In this document: piece after piece, positions 17,623 to 27,018 of the stretch
Numbering within the stretch: position 1 is the stretch's first letter
Layout of the letters: each line of letters opens with the position of its first letter
Made by a program: the position numbers and the translations under genes
Notes under the pieces: generated by a model
Seen by the model: only the letters and a program-made list of their open reading frames with translations
What the model was told of the DNA's origin: nothing
Database searches by the model: none
Assembly: GCA_016933575.1 (NCBI GenBank)
Contig: JAFGAR010000121.1
Location: 1 to 52,354 of the forward strand
Direction: 5' to 3'
DNA: 52,354 nt
From: Candidatus Thorarchaeota archaeon
GTDB lineage: Archaea > Asgardarchaeota > Thorarchaeia > Thorarchaeales > Thorarchaeaceae

Positions 17623-18357
17623 ATGATACGCTGTCTGTACATAATCAAGAGTGATGGAGAGCCACTCTATGGTAGGACGTTTGAAGAAGACAGCTATATT
17701 GATCTGAAGGCAATTCCCTCAATTGTGAGAAATAGTGTTGTTCTATTTCAATCCAGTTCCAGTACATCATCAGAGAGAGTATACACATTAGAACAGGATC
17801 ATTGTCTATGGGCATACGCATTTTTCCATTCATTTGCGATTGTAGCTCAATCAAATGATAGTGGACACATCAATGCCCTGAAGAACACACTGCTTTCTTT
17901 TGGTCGAACTCTATCAAGACAGTACGTTCAGATAATTGACTCTTGGTGTGGAAGTATGTCCGAGATTGTAGATATTAACGAATTGATTGATTCATATTTC
18001 TCAATGAAGATGAGCACACTTACGCGAAAAAAGCTTGCATCCATCGACAAACTTCTGTATTCCATCATGGAGCAACCAGAGATATCCTTTGTCGGTGTTT
18101 TCGATTCAAATGGACACATGCTCTCCGGAAATGTTCCTGAGTCCCATCTTTTCAGATTGGAAATTGAGATATCTCAAGGCTCAGTCCGACCTATTATGGA
18201 CATCGTACCAACAAGTGTAACCTCTGGAGACCACAAGGTTCAGTTACTCCGTGTTCACTCTTTCACCGTAGCCGTTGCTGCTGATCCCTCAGAGAGCACA
18301 TTACATGCTATATCAGCAGCCGGGGAGTTGGCTCACTCTCTGAATGAAATGTTATAG
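17623..18357 (+). CDS. Longin-domain plus roadblock/LAMTOR-like domain protein
   Basis: Longin-type start MIRCLYIIKSDGEPLYGRTF; C-terminal ISFVGVFDSNGHML...VAVAA...A.ELAHSL roadblock/profilin-like pattern; ATG 17623 after GGGAGA. Confidence 0.65.
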   Translation: MIRCLYIIKSDGEPLYGRTFEEDSYIDLKAIPSIVRNSVVLFQSSSSTSSERVYTLEQDHCLWAYAFFHSFAIVAQSNDSGHINALKNTLLSFGRTLSRQYVQIIDSWCGSMSEIVDINELIDSYFSMKMSTLTRKKLASIDKLLYSIMEQPEISFVGVFDSNGHMLSGNVPESHLFRLEIEISQGSVRPIMDIVPTSVTSGDHKVQLLRVHSFTVAVAADPSESTLHAISAAGELAHSLNEML

Positions 18358-18427
18358 GGTCATTCTGTCGAAAAATAGAAGTAGCAGGTACGTAGGCCTA
18401 TGCATCATCTCTAGGAGCGAGTGATTA

Positions 18428-19075
18428 ATGCTAATTGTTGGAATATCTGGGTCTCCCAAGCACGAGAAATCAAATACGCAATTCCTTCTTTCAAAAACTC
18501 TCGAAGCTGCTGCGCAGACATACTCTGAAACTGATACCGAACCTATTGAAACACTCCTTATCAATATCAGTGACTACGACCTACGACATTGCACTGGTTG
18601 TGACACATGTGTTCGAAAGAAGCCCTGTCCACAGAGTGAGCTAGACGCCATGCATACTCTTGAAGAAAAACTACGAGAAGCTGATGCAATCATAATCTCA
18701 GCACCATCATATTTCACATCTGTTCCCGGTGTACTCAAAGACTTCATTGATCGATCTCGAGCTATGAAGATGCTCAACCATCAGCTCAAGGATAAGGTAT
18801 TTGGAGCAATTACCTACGCAGGTCTTCGATATGGTGGTCAGGAGCATGTGATTGATGTTCTGAACCGATATGCTCTTGGTCAAGGTATGATTGTCGTTGG
18901 GTCTCTTGGAAATCCAGTCCGCGATGGCACCTTTGGTTCTGGTAGTCTTCAGACCGATGATGGAAATTGGCGTTCTGCAGCTAACGACGAGTTGGCAATC
19001 GAAGGAAGTGTTCTCTTGGGTCAACGTGTTGTTAACGTTGCTAGAAGAATAAAACATCAGGGTGCAAAACAATGA
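18428..19075 (+). CDS. Flavodoxin-like iron-sulfur flavoprotein / NADPH-dependent FMN reductase family
   Basis: GISGSP..SNT, CTGCDTC..C, APSYF, GGQE. Confidence 0.9.
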   Translation: MLIVGISGSPKHEKSNTQFLLSKTLEAAAQTYSETDTEPIETLLINISDYDLRHCTGCDTCVRKKPCPQSELDAMHTLEEKLREADAIIISAPSYFTSVPGVLKDFIDRSRAMKMLNHQLKDKVFGAITYAGLRYGGQEHVIDVLNRYALGQGMIVVGSLGNPVRDGTFGSGSLQTDDGNWRSAANDELAIEGSVLLGQRVVNVARRIKHQGAKQ

Positions 19076-19635
19076 ATGAATCCACAGCTCCCGGCCTTGT
19101 ACAAGTCTACACTGGAAATGGCAAGGGAAAGACGACCTGTGCCTTGGGAGCTGGTCTTCGAGCAGCTGGTCATGGACTTGAGGTCATAATGATATCACTT
19201 ATGAAAGCCAAGGTTGCAATGAGAGGCGATGGTACTGATATCAACTATGGCGAGTTCCGGTCTGTGGACCTAATTCCTAATTTTACGATAATTCCCATGG
19301 GGCGTGAAACGTTCGTCGATAAAAAGAATCCTGACCCGATTGATATCAGGATGGCTCAGGACGCTCTGAAACTTGCTCAAGAGATTCTCGGAGAACACAG
19401 GTGCGATGTTTTAATCCTCGACGAGATCAATGTTGCTGTCGAGTGGAACCTAATTACTCTTGAAGAGCAGCTTCAACTCATTAAGACAAAGCCCTCTGAT
19501 GTTGAACTGATCATGACTGGTAGATATGCTCGACAAGAGATCATTGATGCTGCAGATCTTGTCACTGAGATGAAAGATATCAAGCATTATTTCTCCACAA
19601 AGAAATTACTTGCTCGGAAAGGTTTCGAGTTCTAG
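19072..19635 (+). CDS. cobO: Cob(I)alamin adenosyltransferase (CobA/CobO/BtuR family)
   Basis: VQVYTGNGKGKTT, ILDEIN, ELIMTGR, ADLVTEM..IKH..ARKGFEF. Confidence 0.93.
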   Translation: MNESTAPGLVQVYTGNGKGKTTCALGAGLRAAGHGLEVIMISLMKAKVAMRGDGTDINYGEFRSVDLIPNFTIIPMGRETFVDKKNPDPIDIRMAQDALKLAQEILGEHRCDVLILDEINVAVEWNLITLEEQLQLIKTKPSDVELIMTGRYARQEIIDAADLVTEMKDIKHYFSTKKLLARKGFEF

Positions 19636-19715
19636 TTTTATGATTGATGGTCACCAAATCGAACACTTAATATTCAGAACTCTTTCCGAAGTCTTGTTCC
19701 ACTACGGAGGAACTA

Positions 19716-21401
19716 GTGATGGCTGCTGAGAGGAACTTGGACGAGATTCGGAAAGCTCAAGATAAATGGGAGAAAGAGACCCTCGGTGAACACCAGAAGG
19801 GGCATCCTGACCGCAGGAAAGAGTTCGTGACGACCTCCAGTACTCCTGTCAAGGTTCTCTATACGCCTCTTGATATTCCGAAGCTCGATTATATGAATGA
19901 TCTTGGATTTCCAAGTGAATACCCTTTCACTCGTGGAGTGCAACCATCGATGTATCGTGGTCGTCTATGGACCATGCGTCAGTTCGCTGGTATGGGAACT
20001 GCTGAGGAATCCAATGCGCGCTACAAGTTCCTTCTCGCAAACGGGCAGACAGGAATAAGCGTGGCATTCCATCTTCCAACTATCTTTGCTCGCGAGTCTG
20101 ACCATCCATATTCTCTTGGAGAAGTCGGAAAACTCGGTGTTGCAGTTGATACCCTCAAGGATATGGAAATCCTCTTTGCTGGAATTCCTCTTGACAAGGT
20201 AACTACCTCCATGACAATAAATGCTCCAGCAAGTATCCTCTTGGCAATGTACATGGTAGCCGCAGAGAAACAGGGTATCTCCTCGGATAAGATTGGGGGT
20301 ACGATTCAGAACGATATTTTAAAGGAGTACATGGCTCAGAAGTCATGGATTCTTGCTCCAAAGCAATCACTCAGAATCATTGGGGACATCATGGAATATT
20401 CCACAAAACACATACCTCGATGGAATACAATATCAATCTCTGGGTACCACATCCGCGAAGCTGGGTCCACAGCAGTCCAGGAACTTGCCTTCACCCTTCT
20501 TAATGGAATGGAGTACGTGAAGGTCGGTATCAATCATGGAATGAATGTGGATGACTTTGCCCCTCGCCTCTCGTTCTTCTTTAATGCGCATAATGATATC
20601 TTCGAAGAGGTCGCAAAATATAGGGCTGCTCGAAGGATCTGGGCTCGTGAGATGAAAGAGACATTTGGTGCGAAGAGTGACCGATCTCTCTGGATGCGTT
20701 TCCACACTCAGACTGCGGGATGTTCGCTCACTGCTCAACAACCTATGGTAAATGTTGTGAGAACTGCCTACCAGGCTCTTGCTGCAGTCTTAGGTGGGAC
20801 CCAATCCCTTCACACGAATAGTATGGATGAGGCACTCTGCCTACCTACAGAGGATGCTGTCCGTGTCGCTCTTAGAACGCAGCAGGTTCTTGCTCATGAG
20901 AGTGGTGCTGCAAACACAATTGACCCCTTGGCTGGGTCTTACTATGTTGAAGCCTTGACGAATGATATGGAGGACGCAGCCTACAAGTATTTCGAGAAGG
21001 TCGAAGCACTCGGTGGTGTTGTTGAGGCTATTGAAAAGGGATTCTTCCAGAAAGAGATTGCCGAGGCATCATATCGATATCAGAAGGAAGTGGAGAGTGG
21101 TGACCGAAAGATTGTTGGAGTCAATGATTATATCCTTGAGGGTGAAGACCTCACTATACCCGTTCTCAAGATAGACCCTGAGGTTGAGCGGAAGCAAGTT
21201 GCGCGTCTGAGGAAGACAAAGAAGGAACGTGACAACAAGCGAGTCCAAGATGCCCTTGACGGTCTTCGTAAAGCATCAGAAGGTACCGAGAATGTCATGC
21301 CTCATATTGTCGAATGTGTCCGTGCATATACATCAATTGGGGAGATATTTGAGGTCTGGCGAGATCTCTGGGGCGAGTGGGATGAGCCAAAGATATTCTA
21401 G
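19716..21401 (+). CDS. B12-dependent acyl-CoA mutase large subunit with isobutyryl-CoA mutase-type specificity residues
   Basis: [14 protein letters not shown] (Phe), [11 protein letters not shown] (Gln), [16 protein letters not shown]; no fused B12 domain. Confidence 0.9.
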   Translation: MMAAERNLDEIRKAQDKWEKETLGEHQKGHPDRRKEFVTTSSTPVKVLYTPLDIPKLDYMNDLGFPSEYPFTRGVQPSMYRGRLWTMRQFAGMGTAEESNARYKFLLANGQTGISVAFHLPTIFARESDHPYSLGEVGKLGVAVDTLKDMEILFAGIPLDKVTTSMTINAPASILLAMYMVAAEKQGISSDKIGGTIQNDILKEYMAQKSWILAPKQSLRIIGDIMEYSTKHIPRWNTISISGYHIREAGSTAVQELAFTLLNGMEYVKVGINHGMNVDDFAPRLSFFFNAHNDIFEEVAKYRAARRIWAREMKETFGAKSDRSLWMRFHTQTAGCSLTAQQPMVNVVRTAYQALAAVLGGTQSLHTNSMDEALCLPTEDAVRVALRTQQVLAHESGAANTIDPLAGSYYVEALTNDMEDAAYKYFEKVEALGGVVEAIEKGFFQKEIAEASYRYQKEVESGDRKIVGVNDYILEGEDLTIPVLKIDPEVERKQVARLRKTKKERDNKRVQDALDGLRKASEGTENVMPHIVECVRAYTSIGEIFEVWRDLWGEWDEPKIF

Positions 21402-21421
21402 TTATTAATCACAATTGGTCA

Positions 21422-23296
21422 TTATGGTGATTCTCTGCGTTTCTGGATTATTTTTAGTAGACAATACATAATTACTACTGCAGAGCCAATACTTGTTGGA
21501 ATAGTCACCATAGGGGTCCAACTATGCCCCTCTGTTGTTGGTGGGGGCGATGTTAATGGTGTTGTAGTGTTAGCTATATCGAACGGATCAATACTATAAT
21601 GAAATAGTGGATTCATTAGTATCTCGTAATAATCACCTGACTCAAATGCATTGAAGGTGAAAGGTCCACAGGTTGCATTTGGAGTATCTGAATCAAAAAC
21701 TGGATTCCATATATTCCATTTATCATATCCCATGAACTCTGTACTATTCAGGACATGCTCCGGAATGATATAATCAAAAGCAAAATCAGAGAAAAGCCAG
21801 TACGACTCAGTTGTAAATTCAATCACACATCTATATGTAGTAGTTGCATCTGATACACTGAGGTCCAAGTAATCACTACCAGCTGGATTTCCATAGACGC
21901 CACTCTCAATAATGTATATGAACGTAAAAGCCACATCTTTGGCAGTTAAGGGTACTCCGTCACTCCAAGTAGCATTCTGAATAATGTCTATGGTGTATCT
22001 AGTGTGACCTTCTGGTACTGATAGGTTATTCTCATGCGTTTCAGTAAGCATTTTCTCTACAAGGTCTGGGTATGGAGTAAGGTCTGGACCATATTTGTAT
22101 AGAGAAGGCCATAGATTCTCCAAGATAAGATGAGAGATTGGATTACTAGCTATGAATACATTAAAGCTGTCTGGTTCCTCGCTGATTCCGATGGAAAGTG
22201 TTCCACCTCAGGTACCATCGATCTTGTGGATCTTTCTCATGGTCCATGGGCCAGTGATGTATCTACCAAGATCCTCAACATGACCAGTGTAGATGCTGTT
22301 TCTGTAAGCCTGCAGGTAGGTATTCTCATACACAACAAGTCTTGGGACCTGCTCATGAAGAATTTTCTGCATCCATGAAGATGCATTATAGACCTCCTCG
22401 TAGCTTGTACCATAGAGGAGCTGCTCTCTACAACTATCATAGGTTTCATTCATAAAATTAGATGGATTCTGATAGGGGGTATCTGCGTACTCTGACCAGT
22501 ACTCATAGGCTAACCAGTCAACATCGTTACTGTAGAAATTTGTGCCAAATAAGACCATGTCATAATCACCATGGTTTTCAAGTCTTCGCATGAATCTATT
22601 GAAATCTGAAGGACAAATTCGTGCGTTGATATGAAGTGCTGTAAGGGCATCTACACCAATTTGTGGAATACCTGATGTACAGAGTGGTCCGCATGGTGAG
22701 CTTGCTGCATATTCGATCTCAATGTCGAAGGGTTGTCCATTTGGTGCATTTCTGTACCCTGAGACTGGATCTATATCAAATTCGAGGTCATCAAGAATCT
22801 GATTACCAATATCCGGTTGAGCAGTGTAATAGTACCAAGGTAAATCATCTTCAATACACCAGCCATTTGGTGTTGGCACGAGTGAGTCATGCTCCAGTGA
22901 GAAACCATCCATCATCTCTACAGTGATTCGTGTCTTGTCAAAGGCAAAGGCAAAGGCTCTTCTCAGCCCACTGATGTTTAATGGATAGTCACGACAATTT
23001 ATCGTGATGTGACCATAGCCATTTCTCACAGCTTGGAAGATGTCTATATCAGGATCTGCATCCAAAGTGGGAAGGTGAACTGGATCAAAGAAACAAGTGT
23101 CCATCTCGATCTCGCCAGCTTGGAGAGCGAGAATCCTTTGGTTCTGGTTGTTTATCACTCTATACTGAATCCCGTCTATGAACGGGCCTTGATTGAGATC
23201 TTCAGGCGGTTCGTAACGCGCTAGAACCACTGGCTGTGTATCGAACAAAAGCACGAGAATAGATACCAAGACGATCAAAGCCAGTCTTCTTTTCAT
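21422..23296 (-). pseudogene. ABC transporter family-5 solute-binding protein (circularly permuted) interrupted by an in-frame TGA at 22208-22210
   Basis: ORFs 22208..23296 and 21422..22123 share a frame. Readthrough gives KIDGT*GGTLSIGISEEPDSFN, aligning with paralog MIDGTWGGIVPIAINEEPDSFN. Signal peptide and C-terminal TM anchor are intact. Confidence 0.8.
21882..21973. repeat. 92-nt near-identical patch shared with 23819-23910
   Basis: 86/92 identical including a 37-nt perfect run; encodes ATWSDGVPLTAxDVAFTFxYIIESGVYGNPA. Confidence 0.9.
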
Positions 23297-23298
23297 TC

Positions 23299-25173
23299 TC
23301 AGTCCTCCTCTCTGTGATTACCAATTCCCTCGGAGACCTCCTCCCATGGAATCTCTCTTAATTTTGGACGATTCTTCTCAATCTCAAGATAGGAACGATA
23401 GGAAAACACAACGATGACAAATCCTGAGATTGAGCTTATAGTCAATGAAATAGCAAGGGTTCCATAGTCCATAATTTCAGTAGTAGTAGTAGTAGTTGTA
23501 GTCGTGTCTGTTATGTTAGGTTCTTCGACTCCGTAATAGAACAAGGGGTTCCTTACAAGCTCATACGATATTCCTGGTACGCAATTATTGAAGAGGAAGG
23601 GTCCGCAGGTCACAAAGGGGTCGTCTGGATTTTTAATAGGATCCCAGAATTCCCAATTCTTGTACCCTATACCATCCATATCATTGAAGATGTGTTCTGG
23701 AATGATTGGTGTATATGCAAAATCTGAGAAGTGCCAGTAAGACTCAGTTGAGAACTCAAGCACTACTTGGTAAGTTGAAGGAGCATATGTTGCAACCAAT
23801 CCATCGAGTTGTCCATAGGCTGGATTTCCATAGACGCCACTCTCAATAATGTATAAGAACGTAAAAGCTACATCGTTGGCAGTCAAGGGCACCCCGTCAC
23901 TCCAAGTAGCGTTATGAATAATATCCATGATATATCGAGTGTGCTCCTCCATAATTACTGGATTGTCAGAATGAGTTTCAGTAATGATGTTCTCTACAAG
24001 ATCCGGGACCGGTTTGAGATCAGGTCCGACATCGTATAAAGTCGGTACAAGTTCCGGTAAGAAAATGTCAGAATAGATAAAATCGTTCTGATAATGGTTA
24101 AAGCTGTCTGGTTCCTCATTGATTGCGATAGGAACTATGCCGCCCCAAGTTCCATCGATCATGTGAATCTTTCTGAGAGTCCAAGAATTAGATACAGATC
24201 TCACACCGTCTTCAATATGCCCTGAAAATCGATCGTTCCTGTATGCCATCATATCATTGTATTGATAAAGTGAGAGAACTGGAACATTATAATGCAGTAC
24301 TTCTTGCATTCTAACTATTGCTTCGTGAGCTTGTTCTTCTGAGGTAGCATTCCACAGTTGCATTCTCCAATAATCAAATGTATCATTCTGAAACTTGTAC
24401 ATATTTTGTTCTTGATCATTATAAAAAATCTGTGACCAATATTCATCTGTAAACCATTTGATATAACTATCAAAATATAAGTATCCTATGAATATATCAC
24501 CACCAGAGTATGCAATCTTTGTCATTATGTGAAGCGATTCGAATGCTTCTATCGCCATTTTATCTAAATCACTAGACCAAGAGTCCATGACTACGATTTC
24601 AAACGGATCTCCTTCCGGAGTTTCTCGATATCCTGTCGACGGATTTATTGAAAAATCCAGACTATCCAGAAGGGCATTTCCTATATCTGGGCGAGCCTCA
24701 TAATAGTGAGTTGCCAATTCCTGTTCAATACACCAAGGATGCCCAGTTGGAATAAGCGAATCGACAATGGTAAATGGGTGGCCGGTTTCGTCGGGTATTT
24801 TTGTTTTATTAAAAGCAAATGCAAAAGATCTCCTCACTCCACTGATATTCAGTGGATATTTTGAACAATTGATCTTGAGAACTCTAATTTTTCTTTCATC
24901 TAAAACCGCTCTCACTGAAATTGCTGGATCGGTTTCAAATTTTTGAATGGCACTAAGATGGAAGATGTCAGAATCTATTTCTATTTCACCAGTCTGGAGT
25001 GCGAGAATTCTCTGGTCTCGATTCTGTATCACTCTATAATTGACCCTATCAATAAATGGACCACTCTGCAATGCTTCCTCTGATGTAACTATACCCTGAG
25101 CCTGTAAAGCGTTAGACGAGCTTACGATTATCAGAATAATAATTCCAATTGCTCCCACTCGGACAGTCCCCAA
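23299..25173 (-). CDS. ABC transporter family-5 (peptide/nickel) solute-binding protein, circularly permuted, C-terminally anchored
   Basis: GPFIDRV...LQTGEIE at the N-terminus; WSDGVPLTANDVAFT in the C-terminal half; poly-Thr linker and TM. Probable TTG start at 25173 after AGGTGG (track ORF extends to 25335). Confidence 0.85.
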   Translation of the reverse strand: MGTVRVGAIGIIILIIVSSSNALQAQGIVTSEEALQSGPFIDRVNYRVIQNRDQRILALQTGEIEIDSDIFHLSAIQKFETDPAISVRAVLDERKIRVLKINCSKYPLNISGVRRSFAFAFNKTKIPDETGHPFTIVDSLIPTGHPWCIEQELATHYYEARPDIGNALLDSLDFSINPSTGYRETPEGDPFEIVVMDSWSSDLDKMAIEAFESLHIMTKIAYSGGDIFIGYLYFDSYIKWFTDEYWSQIFYNDQEQNMYKFQNDTFDYWRMQLWNATSEEQAHEAIVRMQEVLHYNVPVLSLYQYNDMMAYRNDRFSGHIEDGVRSVSNSWTLRKIHMIDGTWGGIVPIAINEEPDSFNHYQNDFIYSDIFLPELVPTLYDVGPDLKPVPDLVENIITETHSDNPVIMEEHTRYIMDIIHNATWSDGVPLTANDVAFTFLYIIESGVYGNPAYGQLDGLVATYAPSTYQVVLEFSTESYWHFSDFAYTPIIPEHIFNDMDGIGYKNWEFWDPIKNPDDPFVTCGPFLFNNCVPGISYELVRNPLFYYGVEEPNITDTTTTTTTTTEIMDYGTLAISLTISSISGFVIVVFSYRSYLEIEKNRPKLREIPWEEVSEGIGNHREED

Positions 25174-25314
25174 TCGAGGCCACCTAAACTCCTTATACAA
25201 AGAGTTGTATTGCATCTGCGAAGTATTAACTATTTGGAACAAGGTATTCAACACCAATAACACAGCTACATTAATAGAGAATGTGATGCTAGTTGCAGCA
25301 ATGGAGTGGATGCA

Positions 25315-26583
25315 ATGGCTGGACATAACATTCAAGCCCTGTTAATCATGGAAAAAGGAGGAATCCCCCTCTTCTTCATGAAACTTGATCCGAAGGCACA
25401 GGACCTTGATCCTATGCTTGTGTCTGGTTTTTTCACAGCAATTCAGAGCTTCTCAAAGGAAGTCATCGAGCGGGATAGTTCCATGTTCCAAGTGGACTAT
25501 GGGGCGAGACTCTTTACGGTCATCTCTGGAGAAGCCACAGATTTTGTAATTGTCAGTCTAGGCGAATGGGATGAAGAAGTCACACCTGTTCTGAAATCAC
25601 TCCTTGAAGAATTCGAGAATATATGGATCAAAGATCTCTCAAGAGAGGAGAAGGATACACTCAAAGTCGACACGGAGTTTCCTGATTTCAGAGAAGGTAT
25701 CGTTCAGAATCTTGCGTTTCGTAAGCTCTCCGGGAGTTGGGTTCCATTTCTAATTGAGAGCGAGTCTGGCACGAAGTCGATGAGCGTTGTCGCTCCATAT
25801 ATTGATGGTCTTGGTACAATTGATGAGATTACCAAGAAGAGTGGAATCGACTTGGATGAGGTGACAGCGGAGATCACACGACTCTGGGCTTTAGGTAGAA
25901 TCAAGTTTGGGAGTATTCTCAACAAAGCCGATATAGTGGCATCCACCTCAAAGATCGATAGGCTACTGCAACTATCATCTCCCCAACGTGTAGAGTTGGC
26001 TAGAAGAAGTCCTGAGGTCATTACATTATTACCAAGACTCTCAATGCTCTTTGATGGTAGACGCTCTGTTGGAGCGATAATCACAAGTCTATCTTCTGAC
26101 CACGAAGAAACTGAGGTCATGGAGGTCATTGACATTCTCCTCGAGACCGGAGCTATTGTTGCTCTCTCACCTGAAAAGAGGAGACTCTTACTTGTTCAAG
26201 AGGCTTTGGAACTTGCTGTTCGTGTGGCTGAAAAGACCTATTCTTCAGAAGAGGCTATGCTCTTCCTGAACGCGGCTTTAAAGAAGGTCCCGGTCACTGA
26301 AGTTGCAGGAATGTTCAGGTTGAAAGAGGACTCTTGGAGCATCGATTATAATTCGCGTCTCTATGAGGGACTTGACCCTCGGAGACTCATGGATCTCTAT
26401 GCTGAGTGGATGAAACTTCTAGCTCAATTTGTCGCGGCTCTTCAGAAAGACCGGATTAAGCGCTTTGCAGACGCTTTGACGGACATCTACCAGAGTTATC
26501 TATTCGAACGTTACACTAGTTATGACCTTCGAGGCTTTGAAGAGTTCTCGTTCTGGCTAGAGATGAATTGTGTGGGGACGTGA
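25315..26583 (+). CDS. Longin plus tandem winged-helix protein, NPRL2/NPR2 (GATOR1 subunit)-like
   Basis: Longin N-terminus (LLIMEKGGIPLF...LVSGFFTAIQSFSKEV..VDYG); VP...PYIDG.GTIDEI...G.IKFGSIL..T.KI segment; second FDGRRSV..I wHTH; helical tail. Confidence 0.65.
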   Translation: MAGHNIQALLIMEKGGIPLFFMKLDPKAQDLDPMLVSGFFTAIQSFSKEVIERDSSMFQVDYGARLFTVISGEATDFVIVSLGEWDEEVTPVLKSLLEEFENIWIKDLSREEKDTLKVDTEFPDFREGIVQNLAFRKLSGSWVPFLIESESGTKSMSVVAPYIDGLGTIDEITKKSGIDLDEVTAEITRLWALGRIKFGSILNKADIVASTSKIDRLLQLSSPQRVELARRSPEVITLLPRLSMLFDGRRSVGAIITSLSSDHEETEVMEVIDILLETGAIVALSPEKRRLLLVQEALELAVRVAEKTYSSEEAMLFLNAALKKVPVTEVAGMFRLKEDSWSIDYNSRLYEGLDPRRLMDLYAEWMKLLAQFVAALQKDRIKRFADALTDIYQSYLFERYTSYDLRGFEEFSFWLEMNCVGT

Positions 26584-26600
26584 AAGGAGGTAGAAAATAA

Positions 26601-26969
26601 TTGTCTGAAATAACAAGACCAATCCACAAAGTTGCTGACATCCTTAGTCGTCGAGGACAAACAATCTATGGTCGTGAGAAGATTGTTGAGCTTTGTGCTA
26701 AGACTGGAGTTTCTCTGATGGATGGTTTTGCATCCGAGCTTGGAGATACTGACACAGATCAAGCCCTTCTTGATTTTGTTACTAGCTATGCAAAGATGAA
26801 TCCCGCAGCGAAACTTACTGTCCTTACACTCTCACGACTACATGAGATATCAATCCCGAAGGAGCTACTTGAGAAACGAAGTATATTCGCTGATATTCTA
26901 GAGTCTTTTTCAGAGTTCACTCAGGATATATCTGACCTCCTCAAGGATTATTTCCCAGATCGGCATTAA
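26601..26969 (+). CDS. Small helical hypothetical protein, probably co-transcribed with the longin/wHTH gene
   Basis: TTG start behind GGAGGT; 17-nt gap to the upstream stop. Confidence 0.75.
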   Translation: MSEITRPIHKVADILSRRGQTIYGREKIVELCAKTGVSLMDGFASELGDTDTDQALLDFVTSYAKMNPAAKLTVLTLSRLHEISIPKELLEKRSIFADILESFSEFTQDISDLLKDYFPDRH

Positions 26970-27018
26970 ACTTGCTTACTTGAGTTATGTTATATTATCA
27001 AACTCAAGATGTTAGACG

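Noticed and set aside
20436-20483. High nucleotide identity with ~47960-48006 between the two mutase genes
   Set aside because: It covers the invariant [16 protein letters not shown] motif with third-position differences, which protein conservation explains.
22208-22210. Selenocysteine codon or genome-wide TGA=Trp recoding
   Set aside because: The homologous residue is Trp, not Cys; no SECIS is evident; many genes in the window end properly at TGA.
23479-23504. (GTA)n microsatellite
   Set aside because: It encodes the poly-Thr linker before the TM anchor, which is common in archaeal surface proteins.
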